From Escherichia phage vB_EcoM_KAW3E185, in sequence record MK373782.1: DNA of 64,000 nucleotides; one strand, given 5' to 3'. The notes below the pieces were generated by a model. It had not been told where the DNA came from, ran no database searches, and worked only from the letters and a program-made list of their open reading frames with translations. Below, one piece after another: positions 47,052-57,194 of the stretch. Position 1 is the first letter of the stretch, and every line of letters begins with the position of its first letter. The position numbers were made by a program, and so were the translations under genes.

Positions 47052-47627
47052 TTGTTATTTACATTCTTCGACCCAATAGGATATAGTGCTAAAACAGTTG
47101 ATAAGAATGCACCTACTATTCCTATGACAGACATATTTCGTAACTATAAAGAGTACTTTAAGCGTGTTGCTGCCAATTATAGATTACGTTCTTATTATAT
47201 TAAAGGCTCTCCGCGTCCTGAAGAACTAGCGAATATCATTTATGGCAACCCTCAATTATACTGGGTTCTTTTGATGTGTAATGACAACTACGACCCGTAT
47301 TATGGTTGGATTACATCTCAGGAAGCAGCGTATCAAGCTTCTATTCAGAAATATGCTAATGCAGGCGGCGACCAAATTCTTTATCATATTAACGAGAACC
47401 GTGAGAAATTTTACAATTTAGTTTCATATCCTGACGAGCCTTTAGTGTGGTACGATAAAGGTGATGAAGCTCGTAAGTATCCGCAATATAAAGGACCTTT
47501 AGCTGCAGTAGATATTTATGAAGCGGCTGTATTAGATAACGAAAAACTTCGTAAAATAAAAATTGTTGCAAAAGAAGATATAAACTCGTTTATTACTGAT
47601 TTGATTCGTGAGATGGAGATTGCATAA
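47052..47627 (+). CDS. 53: baseplate wedge protein gp53 (191 aa)
   Basis: TTG start 6 nt after AGGAG; MLFTFFDPIGYSAKTVDKNAPTIPMTDIFRNYKEYFKR... resembles recalled T4 gp53. Confidence 0.8.
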   Translation: MLFTFFDPIGYSAKTVDKNAPTIPMTDIFRNYKEYFKRVAANYRLRSYYIKGSPRPEELANIIYGNPQLYWVLLMCNDNYDPYYGWITSQEAAYQASIQKYANAGGDQILYHINENREKFYNLVSYPDEPLVWYDKGDEARKYPQYKGPLAAVDIYEAAVLDNEKLRKIKIVAKEDINSFITDLIREMEIA

Positions 47628-49360
47628 TGGAAATGATTAGCAGTAGCCTTAATTGGTTCGTGGGTGTTGTCGAGGACAGAATGGACCCATTAAAACAAGG
47701 GCGAGTTCGAGTTCGAGTCGTTGGTCTTCATCCAGCACAGAGAGCACAAGGTGATGTACAAGGTATTCCTACAGAAAAACTTCCATGGATGACTGTTATT
47801 CAACCTATTACGTCTGCATCAATGTCAGGTATTGGTGGTTCTGTTACAGGTCCTGTTGAAGGAACTCGAGTATATGGTCATTTCTTAGACAAATGGAAAA
47901 CAAACGGGATTGTACTTGGTACATACGGTGGAATCGTACGTGAAAAGCCTAATAGACTTGAAGGTTTTTCAGACCCGACAGGCCAGTATCCACGACGTTT
48001 AGGTAATGATACGAACGTATTAAACCAAGGTGGTGAAGCTGGTTATTATTCAAACTCTAACGTAATTCAAGATAACAACTTGGATTATGGTATAAACCCA
48101 GATGATACAGATTTAGCAAATATTCCAGAAGATGATGACCCTAATTTTACAATAACAGAAATGTTACGTCGTGACGAAGGTCTTCGTGATAAAGTGTATT
48201 GGGACCATCTCGGATATCCTACCGTAGGTATTGGACACCTTATCGTAATGGAAAAGACCCGAGATATGTCTCGAATTAATAAATTGTTATCCGATCAAGT
48301 AGGGCGTGAAGTAACAGGAAATCCGGGAACTATTACATTAGAAGAAGCAACAGCGTTATTTGAGAAAGACCTTGCTAAGATGCAGAAAGACATTCGTTCT
48401 AATTCTAAAGTAGGTCCTGTTTATGCTAAAATGAACAGGTCTCGTCAAATGGCATTAGAAAACATGTGTTTCCAAATGGGCGTTGGTGGTGTAGCAAAAT
48501 TCAATACTATGCTTAAAGCAATGGCCGCAGGCGATTGGAAAACTGCATACAAATCTGGACGCGATTCATTATGGTTCCAACAGACTAAAGGACGCGCTTC
48601 ACGTGTAACAACAATTATTTTAACCGGTAACATGGAATCATATGGTGTTCCTGTTAAAACGCCGCCTTCACCAGGAGTTGGTGCCGATTTAGTTACTAGA
48701 AATACCGATCCAGAAGACCCAGCTGGTCCTCCTGTTCCATTAGATTCACGCATCCTTTTTAAAGAACCGGAATCAAGTTATCGTGGTGAGTATCCATACG
48801 TTCATGCTATGGAAACAGAAAGCGGTCATATCCAAGAATTTGACGATACTCCAGGTAATGAACGTTATCGCTTAGTTCATCCAACAGGGTCATATGAGGA
48901 AGTTTCTCCGTCTGGGCGTCGTACTCGTAAAACTGTAGAAGACCTTTTTGACATCACTAATGGCGATGGGAACTTTTTGATTTCTGGCGATAAGCTTGTT
49001 AACGTTGGTGCTAATGAAATATATTATAACATGGCAGACCGCCTCCATCAAATAGACGGCAATGACACAATCTTTATTCGTGGTAATCAATCTAAAACTG
49101 TTGAAGGCGATGGAACTCTTTACGTTAAGGGTAATATCAAAATAGTTGTTGACGGAAATGCAGATATTCTTGTTAAAGGTGATGCAAAAACTCAGGTCGA
49201 AGGGAATCATGATTACACCGTCAACGGAAACGTTAAATGGACTGTTAATGGTAATGTTGATATGACTGTTGCCGGGGATTGGGCAGAAACAATGTCTACA
49301 ATGAGCTCAGTAGCTTCAGGACAATACACTGTTGACGGATCTCGTATTGATATTGGGTAA
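47627..49360 (+). CDS. 5: baseplate hub/tail lysozyme gp5 (577 aa)
   Basis: MEMISSSLNWFVGVVEDRMDP...; central lysozyme domain (...DEGLRDKVYWDHLGYPTVGIGHL...); C-terminal VxGxxxxx beta-helix repeats. Confidence 0.95.
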   Translation: MEMISSSLNWFVGVVEDRMDPLKQGRVRVRVVGLHPAQRAQGDVQGIPTEKLPWMTVIQPITSASMSGIGGSVTGPVEGTRVYGHFLDKWKTNGIVLGTYGGIVREKPNRLEGFSDPTGQYPRRLGNDTNVLNQGGEAGYYSNSNVIQDNNLDYGINPDDTDLANIPEDDDPNFTITEMLRRDEGLRDKVYWDHLGYPTVGIGHLIVMEKTRDMSRINKLLSDQVGREVTGNPGTITLEEATALFEKDLAKMQKDIRSNSKVGPVYAKMNRSRQMALENMCFQMGVGGVAKFNTMLKAMAAGDWKTAYKSGRDSLWFQQTKGRASRVTTIILTGNMESYGVPVKTPPSPGVGADLVTRNTDPEDPAGPPVPLDSRILFKEPESSYRGEYPYVHAMETESGHIQEFDDTPGNERYRLVHPTGSYEEVSPSGRRTRKTVEDLFDITNGDGNFLISGDKLVNVGANEIYYNMADRLHQIDGNDTIFIRGNQSKTVEGDGTLYVKGNIKIVVDGNADILVKGDAKTQVEGNHDYTVNGNVKWTVNGNVDMTVAGDWAETMSTMSSVASGQYTVDGSRIDIG

Positions 49361-49363
49361 TAT

Positions 49364-49879
49364 ATGGCACAAATACTTCCTTTAAATACCGACTTAGGAG
49401 AAGACATGGAAGGGGCGTCAATAGACGCCCTTTTTACTCCACAGTTAGAAACAACCGAAACTTTAGTGTCAATAAATATAACAGATTATGAACCGACACA
49501 AGGCATTACGGTAGATGGTAATCGTTTATATGGAACATATGAAAGTGTGTTTAGCTTTTCTTCGGACGCATTGAAATACCGATTAAATGATGATTTTGAA
49601 ACCGCATCTTCATGGGATGATTTACCAAAAGATGAGTCCACACAGTTATATTTGTGGAGAGCTCCTCAGAATCTTCGTAAAGTGTTTAGTTATACGGTTG
49701 AAATGATTTATAACTACCAAGAAGAAAGTTCATCAGGCGGTTCTAGAAGTGACTCTGGTACAGAACCTCCACCGGCTCCAGTACAAAAAACTCTTACTAA
49801 GGTTTATACAAAAACTATAGTAGGAAATTGGAGCAAATGGGCTCATCAATTACGAAACTATGTTTATGTGAGGCCGTGA
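49364..49879 (+). CDS. hypothetical protein, 5.1 position (171 aa)
   Basis: ATG start; between genes 5 and 5.4. Confidence 0.55.
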   Translation: MAQILPLNTDLGEDMEGASIDALFTPQLETTETLVSINITDYEPTQGITVDGNRLYGTYESVFSFSSDALKYRLNDDFETASSWDDLPKDESTQLYLWRAPQNLRKVFSYTVEMIYNYQEESSSGGSRSDSGTEPPPAPVQKTLTKVYTKTIVGNWSKWAHQLRNYVYVRP

Positions 49880-49881
49880 AA

Positions 49882-50175
49882 ATGTCTGGCTTAAGTTACG
49901 ACAAGTGCGTTACAACAGGTCATGAAGCATGGCCTCCTACTGTAATAAATGCTTCCCAATCTAAAGTGTTCACCGGCGGTATTCCTGTTCTTGTGGCAGG
50001 AGACCAAATAACACCTCATACAGAAATTAAAAAACCATACGAGACTCATGGAGGTGTTACTGAACCTCGTACATCTAAAGTATACGTCACCGGTAAAAAG
50101 GCCGTTCAAATGGCTGACCCAATTTCATGCGGGGATACTGTTTCTCAGGCCTCGTCAAAAGTCTTTATAAAATAG
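49882..50175 (+). CDS. 5.4: PAAR-repeat spike-tip protein gp5.4 (97 aa)
   Basis: ATG at 49882 gives 97 aa, the T4 gp5.4 length; PAAR-like sequence (...[15 protein letters not shown]...). Confidence 0.7.
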   Translation: MSGLSYDKCVTTGHEAWPPTVINASQSKVFTGGIPVLVAGDQITPHTEIKKPYETHGGVTEPRTSKVYVTGKKAVQMADPISCGDTVSQASSKVFIK

Positions 50176-50183
50176 GAATTAAA

Positions 50184-52157
50184 ATGGCAAACACTCCTGT
50201 AAATTATCAATTAACCCGAACAGCGAATGCTATTCCCGAGATTTTTATCGGGGGCACATTTGCCGAAATCAAACAGAACATTATCGAATGGCTCAATGGA
50301 CAGAATGAATTTCTTGATTATGATTTTGAAGGTTCACGCTTAAACGTATTGTGCGACCTTTTAGCATATAACACTCTTTACATCCAACAGTTCAGTAATA
50401 GTGCAGTGTATGAAAGTTTTATGCGTACTGCAAACTTGCGTAGTTCTGTTGTACAAGCGGCTCAAGATAACGGATATCTGCCTTCATCTAAATCAGCAGC
50501 ACAAACAGAAATTATGCTCACATGTACAGATGCATTAAATAGAAACTATATCACCATTCCACGTGGCACTCGTTTCTTAGCATACGCTAAAGATACTTCT
50601 GTTAACCCGTATAACTTTGTTTCTACTGAAGATGTCATTGTAGTTAAAGACAAAAATAACCAATATTTTCCACGTCTTCGATTAGCTCAAGGACGTATTG
50701 TTCGCACTGAATTAACATTTGATAGATTAAAACCTATCATTATTCGTGATAAGAATATTGACCGTAATTTGGTTAAGTTGTATGTTGACGGAGCAGAATG
50801 GATTAACTGGACTCGTAAGTCGATGGTTCACGCTGGTTCTACGTCAACAATCTATTATATGCGTGAAACAGTTGATGGGAACACCGAATTTTATTTTGGT
50901 GAAGGCGAAATCTCTATTAACACGTCAGAAGGTGCGTTAACATCTAACTATATTGGTGGCCTTAAACCTGTTCAGGGTTCTAAAATCGTAATTGAGTATA
51001 TTTCTACTAATGGCGCAGATGCTAACGGTGCTGTAGGATTTTCTTATGCTGATACATTAGCTAATATCACGGTAATAGATATTAATGAGAACCCTAGCAA
51101 TAACCCAGACTTTGTTGGGGCCGACGGCGGTGGTGACCCTGAAGATATTGAACGTATCCGCGAATTAGGCACAATTAAACGCGAAACTCAACAACGTTGT
51201 GTAACCGCTTCCGACTATGACACATTCGTTTCTGAGCGGTTTGGTTCTATTATTCAGGCGGTTCAAACATTCACAGATTCATCTAAACCAGGGTACGCAT
51301 ATATTGCTGCTAAGCCTAAATCTGGATTGTATTTGACTTCTGTCCAACGTGATGATATCAAAAACTATTTGAATGATTATAACTTAGGGACTATTACACC
51401 TGTTGTTATTTCGCCTGATTATTTGTTTATCAAAATGAATATCAAAGTTACATACGCGTTGAATAAACTTCAAGAATCAGAGCAATATCTTGAAGGGCAA
51501 ATTATTAATAAAATTGACCGATATTATATTGAAGATGTAGAAATTTTTAACTCATCGTTTGCAAAATCTAAAATGCTAACTTATGTCGATGATGCAGATA
51601 TTTCTATTATTGGTTCTTCAGCTACTATTCAAATGGTTCGCGAAGTACAAAACTTCTATAAAACGCCTGAGGCCGGTATTAAATACAATAATCAGATTAA
51701 AGATAGATCGATGGAATCTAATATATTCTCGTTTGATTCGCACAGACCTAATCCAGAAAATGCAAACGAAACTATTAAATATGGTGTTCGCATAGTATCT
51801 TCTGACCGTAATGACCGTGGCATAGGTCAAGTTATTATTGGTCCATTTGCGGACGGTGATGTTGTTGAAAACGAAAATATACAACCTTATACAGGTAATG
51901 ATTTTAATAAACTTACTGTTACTGACGGACGAAACAAATACTATTCAATTGGTGAAGTGAATTATCCTGCCGATTCGATTTATTGGAACATTGCTAAAAT
52001 TGACCTCACTTCAGACCGTTTTGAAGTTCAAACAATTGAACTTTATTCCGACCCTGCAGATGATATTATTTTTACAAAGGATGGTTCTTTAATCGTATTC
52101 GAAAATGACTTACGTCCTCAGTACTTAACTATAGATTTGGAGCCTATTTCACAATGA
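50184..52157 (+). CDS. 6: baseplate wedge protein gp6 (657 aa)
   Basis: ATG at 50184 (MANTPVNYQLT...); stop overlaps the gene 7 start (ATGA). Confidence 0.9.
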   Translation: MANTPVNYQLTRTANAIPEIFIGGTFAEIKQNIIEWLNGQNEFLDYDFEGSRLNVLCDLLAYNTLYIQQFSNSAVYESFMRTANLRSSVVQAAQDNGYLPSSKSAAQTEIMLTCTDALNRNYITIPRGTRFLAYAKDTSVNPYNFVSTEDVIVVKDKNNQYFPRLRLAQGRIVRTELTFDRLKPIIIRDKNIDRNLVKLYVDGAEWINWTRKSMVHAGSTSTIYYMRETVDGNTEFYFGEGEISINTSEGALTSNYIGGLKPVQGSKIVIEYISTNGADANGAVGFSYADTLANITVIDINENPSNNPDFVGADGGGDPEDIERIRELGTIKRETQQRCVTASDYDTFVSERFGSIIQAVQTFTDSSKPGYAYIAAKPKSGLYLTSVQRDDIKNYLNDYNLGTITPVVISPDYLFIKMNIKVTYALNKLQESEQYLEGQIINKIDRYYIEDVEIFNSSFAKSKMLTYVDDADISIIGSSATIQMVREVQNFYKTPEAGIKYNNQIKDRSMESNIFSFDSHRPNPENANETIKYGVRIVSSDRNDRGIGQVIIGPFADGDVVENENIQPYTGNDFNKLTVTDGRNKYYSIGEVNYPADSIYWNIAKIDLTSDRFEVQTIELYSDPADDIIFTKDGSLIVFENDLRPQYLTIDLEPISQ

Positions 52158-55100
52158 CAGTAAAAGCGCCAGCAGTCACAAGTCTCAGAATATCCAAGTT
52201 GTCCGCTAACCAAGTTCAAATACGCTGGGATGACGTTGGTGCTAATTTCTACTATTTCGTAGAAATCGCTGAGACTAAAACGGCAGACGGGGAAATAATT
52301 CCCCCTGCCAGCTACAGATGGATAAATTTAGGATATACTCCTAATAGCAACTGGTTCGAAAGTAGCTTAGACCCATTAACTTCTTATATTATTCGTGTAT
52401 CAACTGCCGCCGAAGGCTTCGAGAGATCTGATTGGGTATATACCGAAATATTTGAATCATTTCAGACTAACGCGTATACATTTCAACATATGATTGAAAT
52501 GCAATTGGCTAACACTTTTATTAGAGAAAAATTTACAAATAACAACATGTCTTATGTCGATTTTAATAACGACACTATAATGGCAGCTCTAATGAATGAA
52601 TCGTTCCAATTTAGCCCTGCTTATGCGGATATTTCATCTATTAAAAATTTCATTATTGGCGAAAATGAGTATCATGAAATTCAAGGTTCGATTCAACAGG
52701 TGTGTCATGATATAAACCGTGTTTATTTGATGGAATCCGAAGGAATTCTTTATTTGTTTGAACGATATCAGCCTGTGGTTAAAGTCTCTAATGATAAGGG
52801 ACAAACCTGGAAATCGGTTAAATTGTTTAATGACCGTGTAGGGTACCCTGTATCAAGAACAGTGTATTACCAGACAGGTTATACCACGTATGTTCTTGGG
52901 TATGATAAATTATTTTACGGCCGTAAATCAACTGACGTTCGTTGGTCTGCTGATGATGTGAGATTTAGTTCTCAAGATATAACATTTGCTAAAATTGGTG
53001 ACCAGTTAAATTTAGGATTTGATGTAGAAATATTTGGTAACTACGCATCATTACCTGCTAACGTATCACGTATTGCAGAAGCTATCGTTTGCAACGACGA
53101 TTATGTATACGTTGCTGCTCGAGATAAAGTTCGTTTTATTAAAACTAGTAATGCCCCTATTGATTCAGACCCGTTATCTCCGACATATTCCGAACGTTTG
53201 TTTGAACAAGAAACATTTAACATCACAGGTAACCCTAAGGCAGTTTGCTATAAAATGGATTCTGTTGGCGGTAAAATATTTGCACTGATTATCGGCGAAG
53301 TTGTTAATCTTAATGACGACCCGAGGACCACTCCTATTGTTGATTCTGCTGATAAGGGCGTTTACGTTCTAGACCATGATGCTGGCACATTTAAACGTGT
53401 GTTTGGTAATACTGAAGAAGAACGCCGTCGTATTGAACCTGGGTACACCAGTATGTCTACTGATGGTGTTGAGTTATCTATTTCATCTAGTAATTTTAAA
53501 TTTCTAGAATCGGATATTGTTGATGACCCAAAAACACAAATCAAGTACGGTTTAATCGGTGCTGTTAAATATGAGTATCCTCGCGAATGGTTGGCTGATA
53601 AACATTATCATATGATGGCATTTATTTCAACTGAAGACTCTCAATGGGAATCGTTCACTCCTCAACCGATGGAATACTATGCTGAGCCATTCTTTAGTTA
53701 TTCTAGAAAGTCCGGTACTCGATGTTGGATTAATAACTCAGACAAGGCTGTTGTAATTTATTCTGATTTACTTTACACTAAGGTTATTGAGAATCATCCA
53801 CTTAGTTCTTCAGACCGTGAAGTTCATGAATATTGGAAGGACGGTGACTGTACAATAGTGATGCCTAACGTAGATTTCACCGGATTTAAAAAATATGCAT
53901 CCGGCATGATTTTCTATAAATCATCAGGTGAGATTATTTCTTATTATGATTTTAGTTATCGTGTTAGAGATAATGTTTCTATAATTTGGAAGCCTACTAA
54001 TATATTCTTAACAGCATCGTTACAAAACCAAGAAAAAGATACCACATGGACTCCTGTAGAAGAGAATGGTATTGCAGACCCAGATTTACGACCATTGCTC
54101 ACTACAATGATGCCGGAGTCTTATCTTTTAGATAATACAAACTTCGAAGCATTCTGCGAGGCTTATATTCAGTATCTTTCTGACGGTTATGGGACCCATT
54201 ATAACAACCTTTTGAATCTTATTAAAAATCAATATCCGCGCGAAGAACATGCGTGGGAATACTTATGGTCTGAGATTTATAAACGAAACATTTACTTAAA
54301 CGCCGAAAAACGCGATTTAGTGTCTCGTTTCTTTGAATCAAGAAGTTATGACTTCTATTCAACTAAAGGAACTGAAGCGTCATATAAATTCTTGTTTAAA
54401 GTGCTTTATAACGAAGATGTTGAAATTGAAATTGAATCTAGTTCCGGGACAGAATATGATATCATCATTGAATCTGATTCGTTGACAGAAGATTTGGTCG
54501 GACAAACCATATACACCGCTACAGGACGTTGTAATGTGACGTATATCGAGAGAAGTTACTCTAAAGGTAAATTACAATGGACTGTAACAATTCACAACCT
54601 CTTAGGTCGTTTAATCCAAGGACAGGAAGTTAAAGCTGAAAGACTCCCTGGGTTTGAAGGTGAAATTGTTCGTGGTATTAAAGGTAAAGAGCTTTCTCAG
54701 AACAACATCGATTACATAAATCGTGGTAGAGCATACTACGTAATGAAGATTAAATCTAAACTTCCATCATCTCGTTGGAAATCAGACGTATTACGTTTTG
54801 TTCATCCGGTTGGATTTGGATTTATCGCAATTACCCTTCTCACAATGTTTATTAACACCGGATTAACACTTAAACATGTTGAAACCATTATTAATAAATA
54901 TAAAAACTATAAGTGGGATTCTGGATTACCGACTAAATATGCAGACCGAGTGGCTAAATTAGACCCACAAGGAAATGTTGAGTTTGACCCTATTACAGAT
55001 AAAGCGATATATGAAATAGGCCCTATGGCTGGTCAAGATTATCCATTGCCTGAAGATTATAACGCTGAAAACAATAACTCCATATTTCAAGGTCAACTTC

Positions 55101-55252
55101 CATCGGAACGACGTAAACTGATGAGCCCATTATTTGATGCGTCCGGAACAACATTCTCTAGATTTAGAGATTTGGTTGAACAACGGTTAATCGATAATGT
55201 AGGAAATCCAAGAGACCCCGTGAATCCACCACAGGTTAAATTAGATGAATGA
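52154..55252 (+). CDS. 7: baseplate wedge protein gp7 (1032 aa)
   Basis: Length identical to T4 gp7; located between 6 and 8. Confidence 0.9.
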   Translation: MTVKAPAVTSLRISKLSANQVQIRWDDVGANFYYFVEIAETKTADGEIIPPASYRWINLGYTPNSNWFESSLDPLTSYIIRVSTAAEGFERSDWVYTEIFESFQTNAYTFQHMIEMQLANTFIREKFTNNNMSYVDFNNDTIMAALMNESFQFSPAYADISSIKNFIIGENEYHEIQGSIQQVCHDINRVYLMESEGILYLFERYQPVVKVSNDKGQTWKSVKLFNDRVGYPVSRTVYYQTGYTTYVLGYDKLFYGRKSTDVRWSADDVRFSSQDITFAKIGDQLNLGFDVEIFGNYASLPANVSRIAEAIVCNDDYVYVAARDKVRFIKTSNAPIDSDPLSPTYSERLFEQETFNITGNPKAVCYKMDSVGGKIFALIIGEVVNLNDDPRTTPIVDSADKGVYVLDHDAGTFKRVFGNTEEERRRIEPGYTSMSTDGVELSISSSNFKFLESDIVDDPKTQIKYGLIGAVKYEYPREWLADKHYHMMAFISTEDSQWESFTPQPMEYYAEPFFSYSRKSGTRCWINNSDKAVVIYSDLLYTKVIENHPLSSSDREVHEYWKDGDCTIVMPNVDFTGFKKYASGMIFYKSSGEIISYYDFSYRVRDNVSIIWKPTNIFLTASLQNQEKDTTWTPVEENGIADPDLRPLLTTMMPESYLLDNTNFEAFCEAYIQYLSDGYGTHYNNLLNLIKNQYPREEHAWEYLWSEIYKRNIYLNAEKRDLVSRFFESRSYDFYSTKGTEASYKFLFKVLYNEDVEIEIESSSGTEYDIIIESDSLTEDLVGQTIYTATGRCNVTYIERSYSKGKLQWTVTIHNLLGRLIQGQEVKAERLPGFEGEIVRGIKGKELSQNNIDYINRGRAYYVMKIKSKLPSSRWKSDVLRFVHPVGFGFIAITLLTMFINTGLTLKHVETIINKYKNYKWDSGLPTKYADRVAKLDPQGNVEFDPITDKAIYEIGPMAGQDYPLPEDYNAENNNSIFQGQLPSERRKLMSPLFDASGTTFSRFRDLVEQRLIDNVGNPRDPVNPPQVKLDE

Positions 55253-56249
55253 TTCAAGTGTTATCTATCGTGCAATAGTTACATCAAAATTTAGAACAGA
55301 GAAAATGCTGAATTTTTATAATTCAGTTGGGGATGGAGACGATAAGAACTCCATTTATATTACGTTTGGACGTTCAGAGCCTTGGGCGTCAAATGAAAAT
55401 GAGGTGGGCTTCGCCCCACCTTATCCTACAGATTCTGTTCTTGGTGTTACTGATATGTGGACCCATATGATGGGTACCGTTAAAGTTTTACCTTCAATGT
55501 TAGATTCTGTTATTCCTAGACGTGATTGGGGAGATGTGAGATATCCAGACCCTTACACGTTTAGAATTAACGATATAGTCGCATGTAATACTGCTCCGTA
55601 CAACGCGACAGAAGTTGGAGCTGGTTGGTTAATTTACCGTTGTTTAGATGTCCCTGACGTAGGGCTCTGTTCAATAGAATCTTTAGATAATAAAGATGAA
55701 TGTCTTAAATTGGGTGGTAAATGGACTCCGTCTGTTCGTTCTATGTCTCCTCCTGAAGGCAGAGGCGATGCTAATGGGATTATCGAAACCGGTGATGGAT
55801 ATATTTGGGAATATCTTTATGAGATTCCTGCCGATGTGTCAATTAACCGTTGCACTAACGAATATCTTGTAGTTCCATGGCCGGAAGAAATTAAAGAAGA
55901 CCCCACCCGTTGGGGATATGAAAATAACTTAACTTGGCAACAAGATGACTACGGTTTGATTTACCGTGTTAAAGCTAATACGATGCGGTTTAAAGCATAT
56001 TTTGATTCTGTTTATTTCCCTGAGGCAGCTTTGCCTGGTAACAAGGGTTTTAGACAGATATCAATTATCGCAAACCCGTTAGAAGCTAAGAAAAATCCAA
56101 ATGACCCTAATGTTAAAGCAGAAAAGGATTATTACGACCCTAGAGACCTGCAACGTCATTCTGGTGAAATGATTTATATGGAAAACCGCCCACCTGTTAT
56201 TATGGCAATGGACCAAACAGAAGAAATTAACATTTTGTTTATGTTTTAA
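55245..56249 (+). CDS. 8: baseplate wedge protein gp8 (334 aa)
   Basis: MNDSSVIYRAIVTSKFRTEKMLNFYNS... matches recalled T4 gp8. Confidence 0.95.
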   Translation: MNDSSVIYRAIVTSKFRTEKMLNFYNSVGDGDDKNSIYITFGRSEPWASNENEVGFAPPYPTDSVLGVTDMWTHMMGTVKVLPSMLDSVIPRRDWGDVRYPDPYTFRINDIVACNTAPYNATEVGAGWLIYRCLDVPDVGLCSIESLDNKDECLKLGGKWTPSVRSMSPPEGRGDANGIIETGDGYIWEYLYEIPADVSINRCTNEYLVVPWPEEIKEDPTRWGYENNLTWQQDDYGLIYRVKANTMRFKAYFDSVYFPEAALPGNKGFRQISIIANPLEAKKNPNDPNVKAEKDYYDPRDLQRHSGEMIYMENRPPVIMAMDQTEEINILFMF

Positions 56250-56252
56250 TTA

Positions 56253-56277
56253 GGGAGCCTTCGGGCTCCCATTTTTG
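56253..56277 (+). terminator. rho-independent terminator (plus strand) after gene 8
   Basis: GGGAGCC-ttcg-GGCTCCC hairpin followed by ATTTTTG. Confidence 0.6.
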
Positions 56278-56281
56278 TATC

Positions 56282-56289
56282 TATAAATA
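56282..56289 (+). promoter_or_regulatory. late promoter TATAAATA upstream of gene 9
   Basis: Exact consensus 33 nt upstream of the gene 9 ATG. Confidence 0.6.
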
Positions 56290-56321
56290 GAATATAATAT
56301 CGGACAACAAAAGGCAGAATT

Positions 56322-57194
56322 ATGGCATTTTTTAAGCAAACTCCTAAACAATTAATCGATACCGGCGAAATTGGTAATGCCTCAACAGGTGATATCTTAT
56401 TCGACGGTGGTAATAAAATAAATGACGATATCAACGCTATTTACAATGCATTTGGCGATCAACGTAAAATGGCCGTAGCAGATGGAACCGGACCTACAGG
56501 TCAAACTATTCATGCCACAGGTTATTATCAAAAAGGAAAGGCGATCGATTATCAAACTCCTATTAAACCCGGCACCATGCATGATATTGATGCTTCTGAT
56601 GGCGGTGTGATTGTTATTATTGACCGTCCTGAATTAGGTGATTCTGTAGAATTCATAAACTCTAATGGGTCTATTTCTGTTAACAATCCTTTAAGTATCC
56701 AAGTAACCGATGGTTCAATTAAAGGTGTTCTTAATAATCTTGTTATTTCCACCCCTTATACCCATGTTGTTCTTCGTTGTGTTGAACTTAACGGGCCAAC
56801 TTCAGTATGGAATTATTCTACTGATAGCATGTTTGGGCAGAAAGAATCTCCTGTCGATGGGACTTGGAGTCTTACAGGAAACTCAGTTTCTATTCCTCTG
56901 TTTTATCGCACAGATTATAACATGGCTAAATTGCTTGTTACATGCCAATCCGCCGACGGTAGAAAAATAAAAACATGCGAAATAAATATTCTAATAGATA
57001 CAATTAACTCAGAAGTTCTTTCTACCGAATTTGCAGTAATGCGAGTTGGTAATGTAGATGAAACCGACGAGATTGCTAATATTAGCTTTAGTATTATTAA
57101 CAACTTTGCTACTATGACGATTACATCCGATATTATTGGATTACGTTCAGCAGTTAAAATTATCTCAACTCAGAAAATTGGGGTCGCTCAATAA
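56322..57194 (+). CDS. 9: baseplate protein gp9, long-tail-fiber socket (290 aa)
   Basis: Length and position match T4 gp9. Confidence 0.9.
   Translation: MAFFKQTPKQLIDTGEIGNASTGDILFDGGNKINDDINAIYNAFGDQRKMAVADGTGPTGQTIHATGYYQKGKAIDYQTPIKPGTMHDIDASDGGVIVIIDRPELGDSVEFINSNGSISVNNPLSIQVTDGSIKGVLNNLVISTPYTHVVLRCVELNGPTSVWNYSTDSMFGQKESPVDGTWSLTGNSVSIPLFYRTDYNMAKLLVTCQSADGRKIKTCEINILIDTINSEVLSTEFAVMRVGNVDETDEIANISFSIINNFATMTITSDIIGLRSAVKIISTQKIGVAQ

Noticed and set aside
48445-48753. Minus-strand ORFs inside the plus-strand structural genes (48445, 48890, 49213, 51618, 53362, 56397, 57596, 60293, 60898, 61720)
   Set aside because: Embedded antisense in long, well-conserved structural genes (5, 6, 7, 9, 10, 12, wac).
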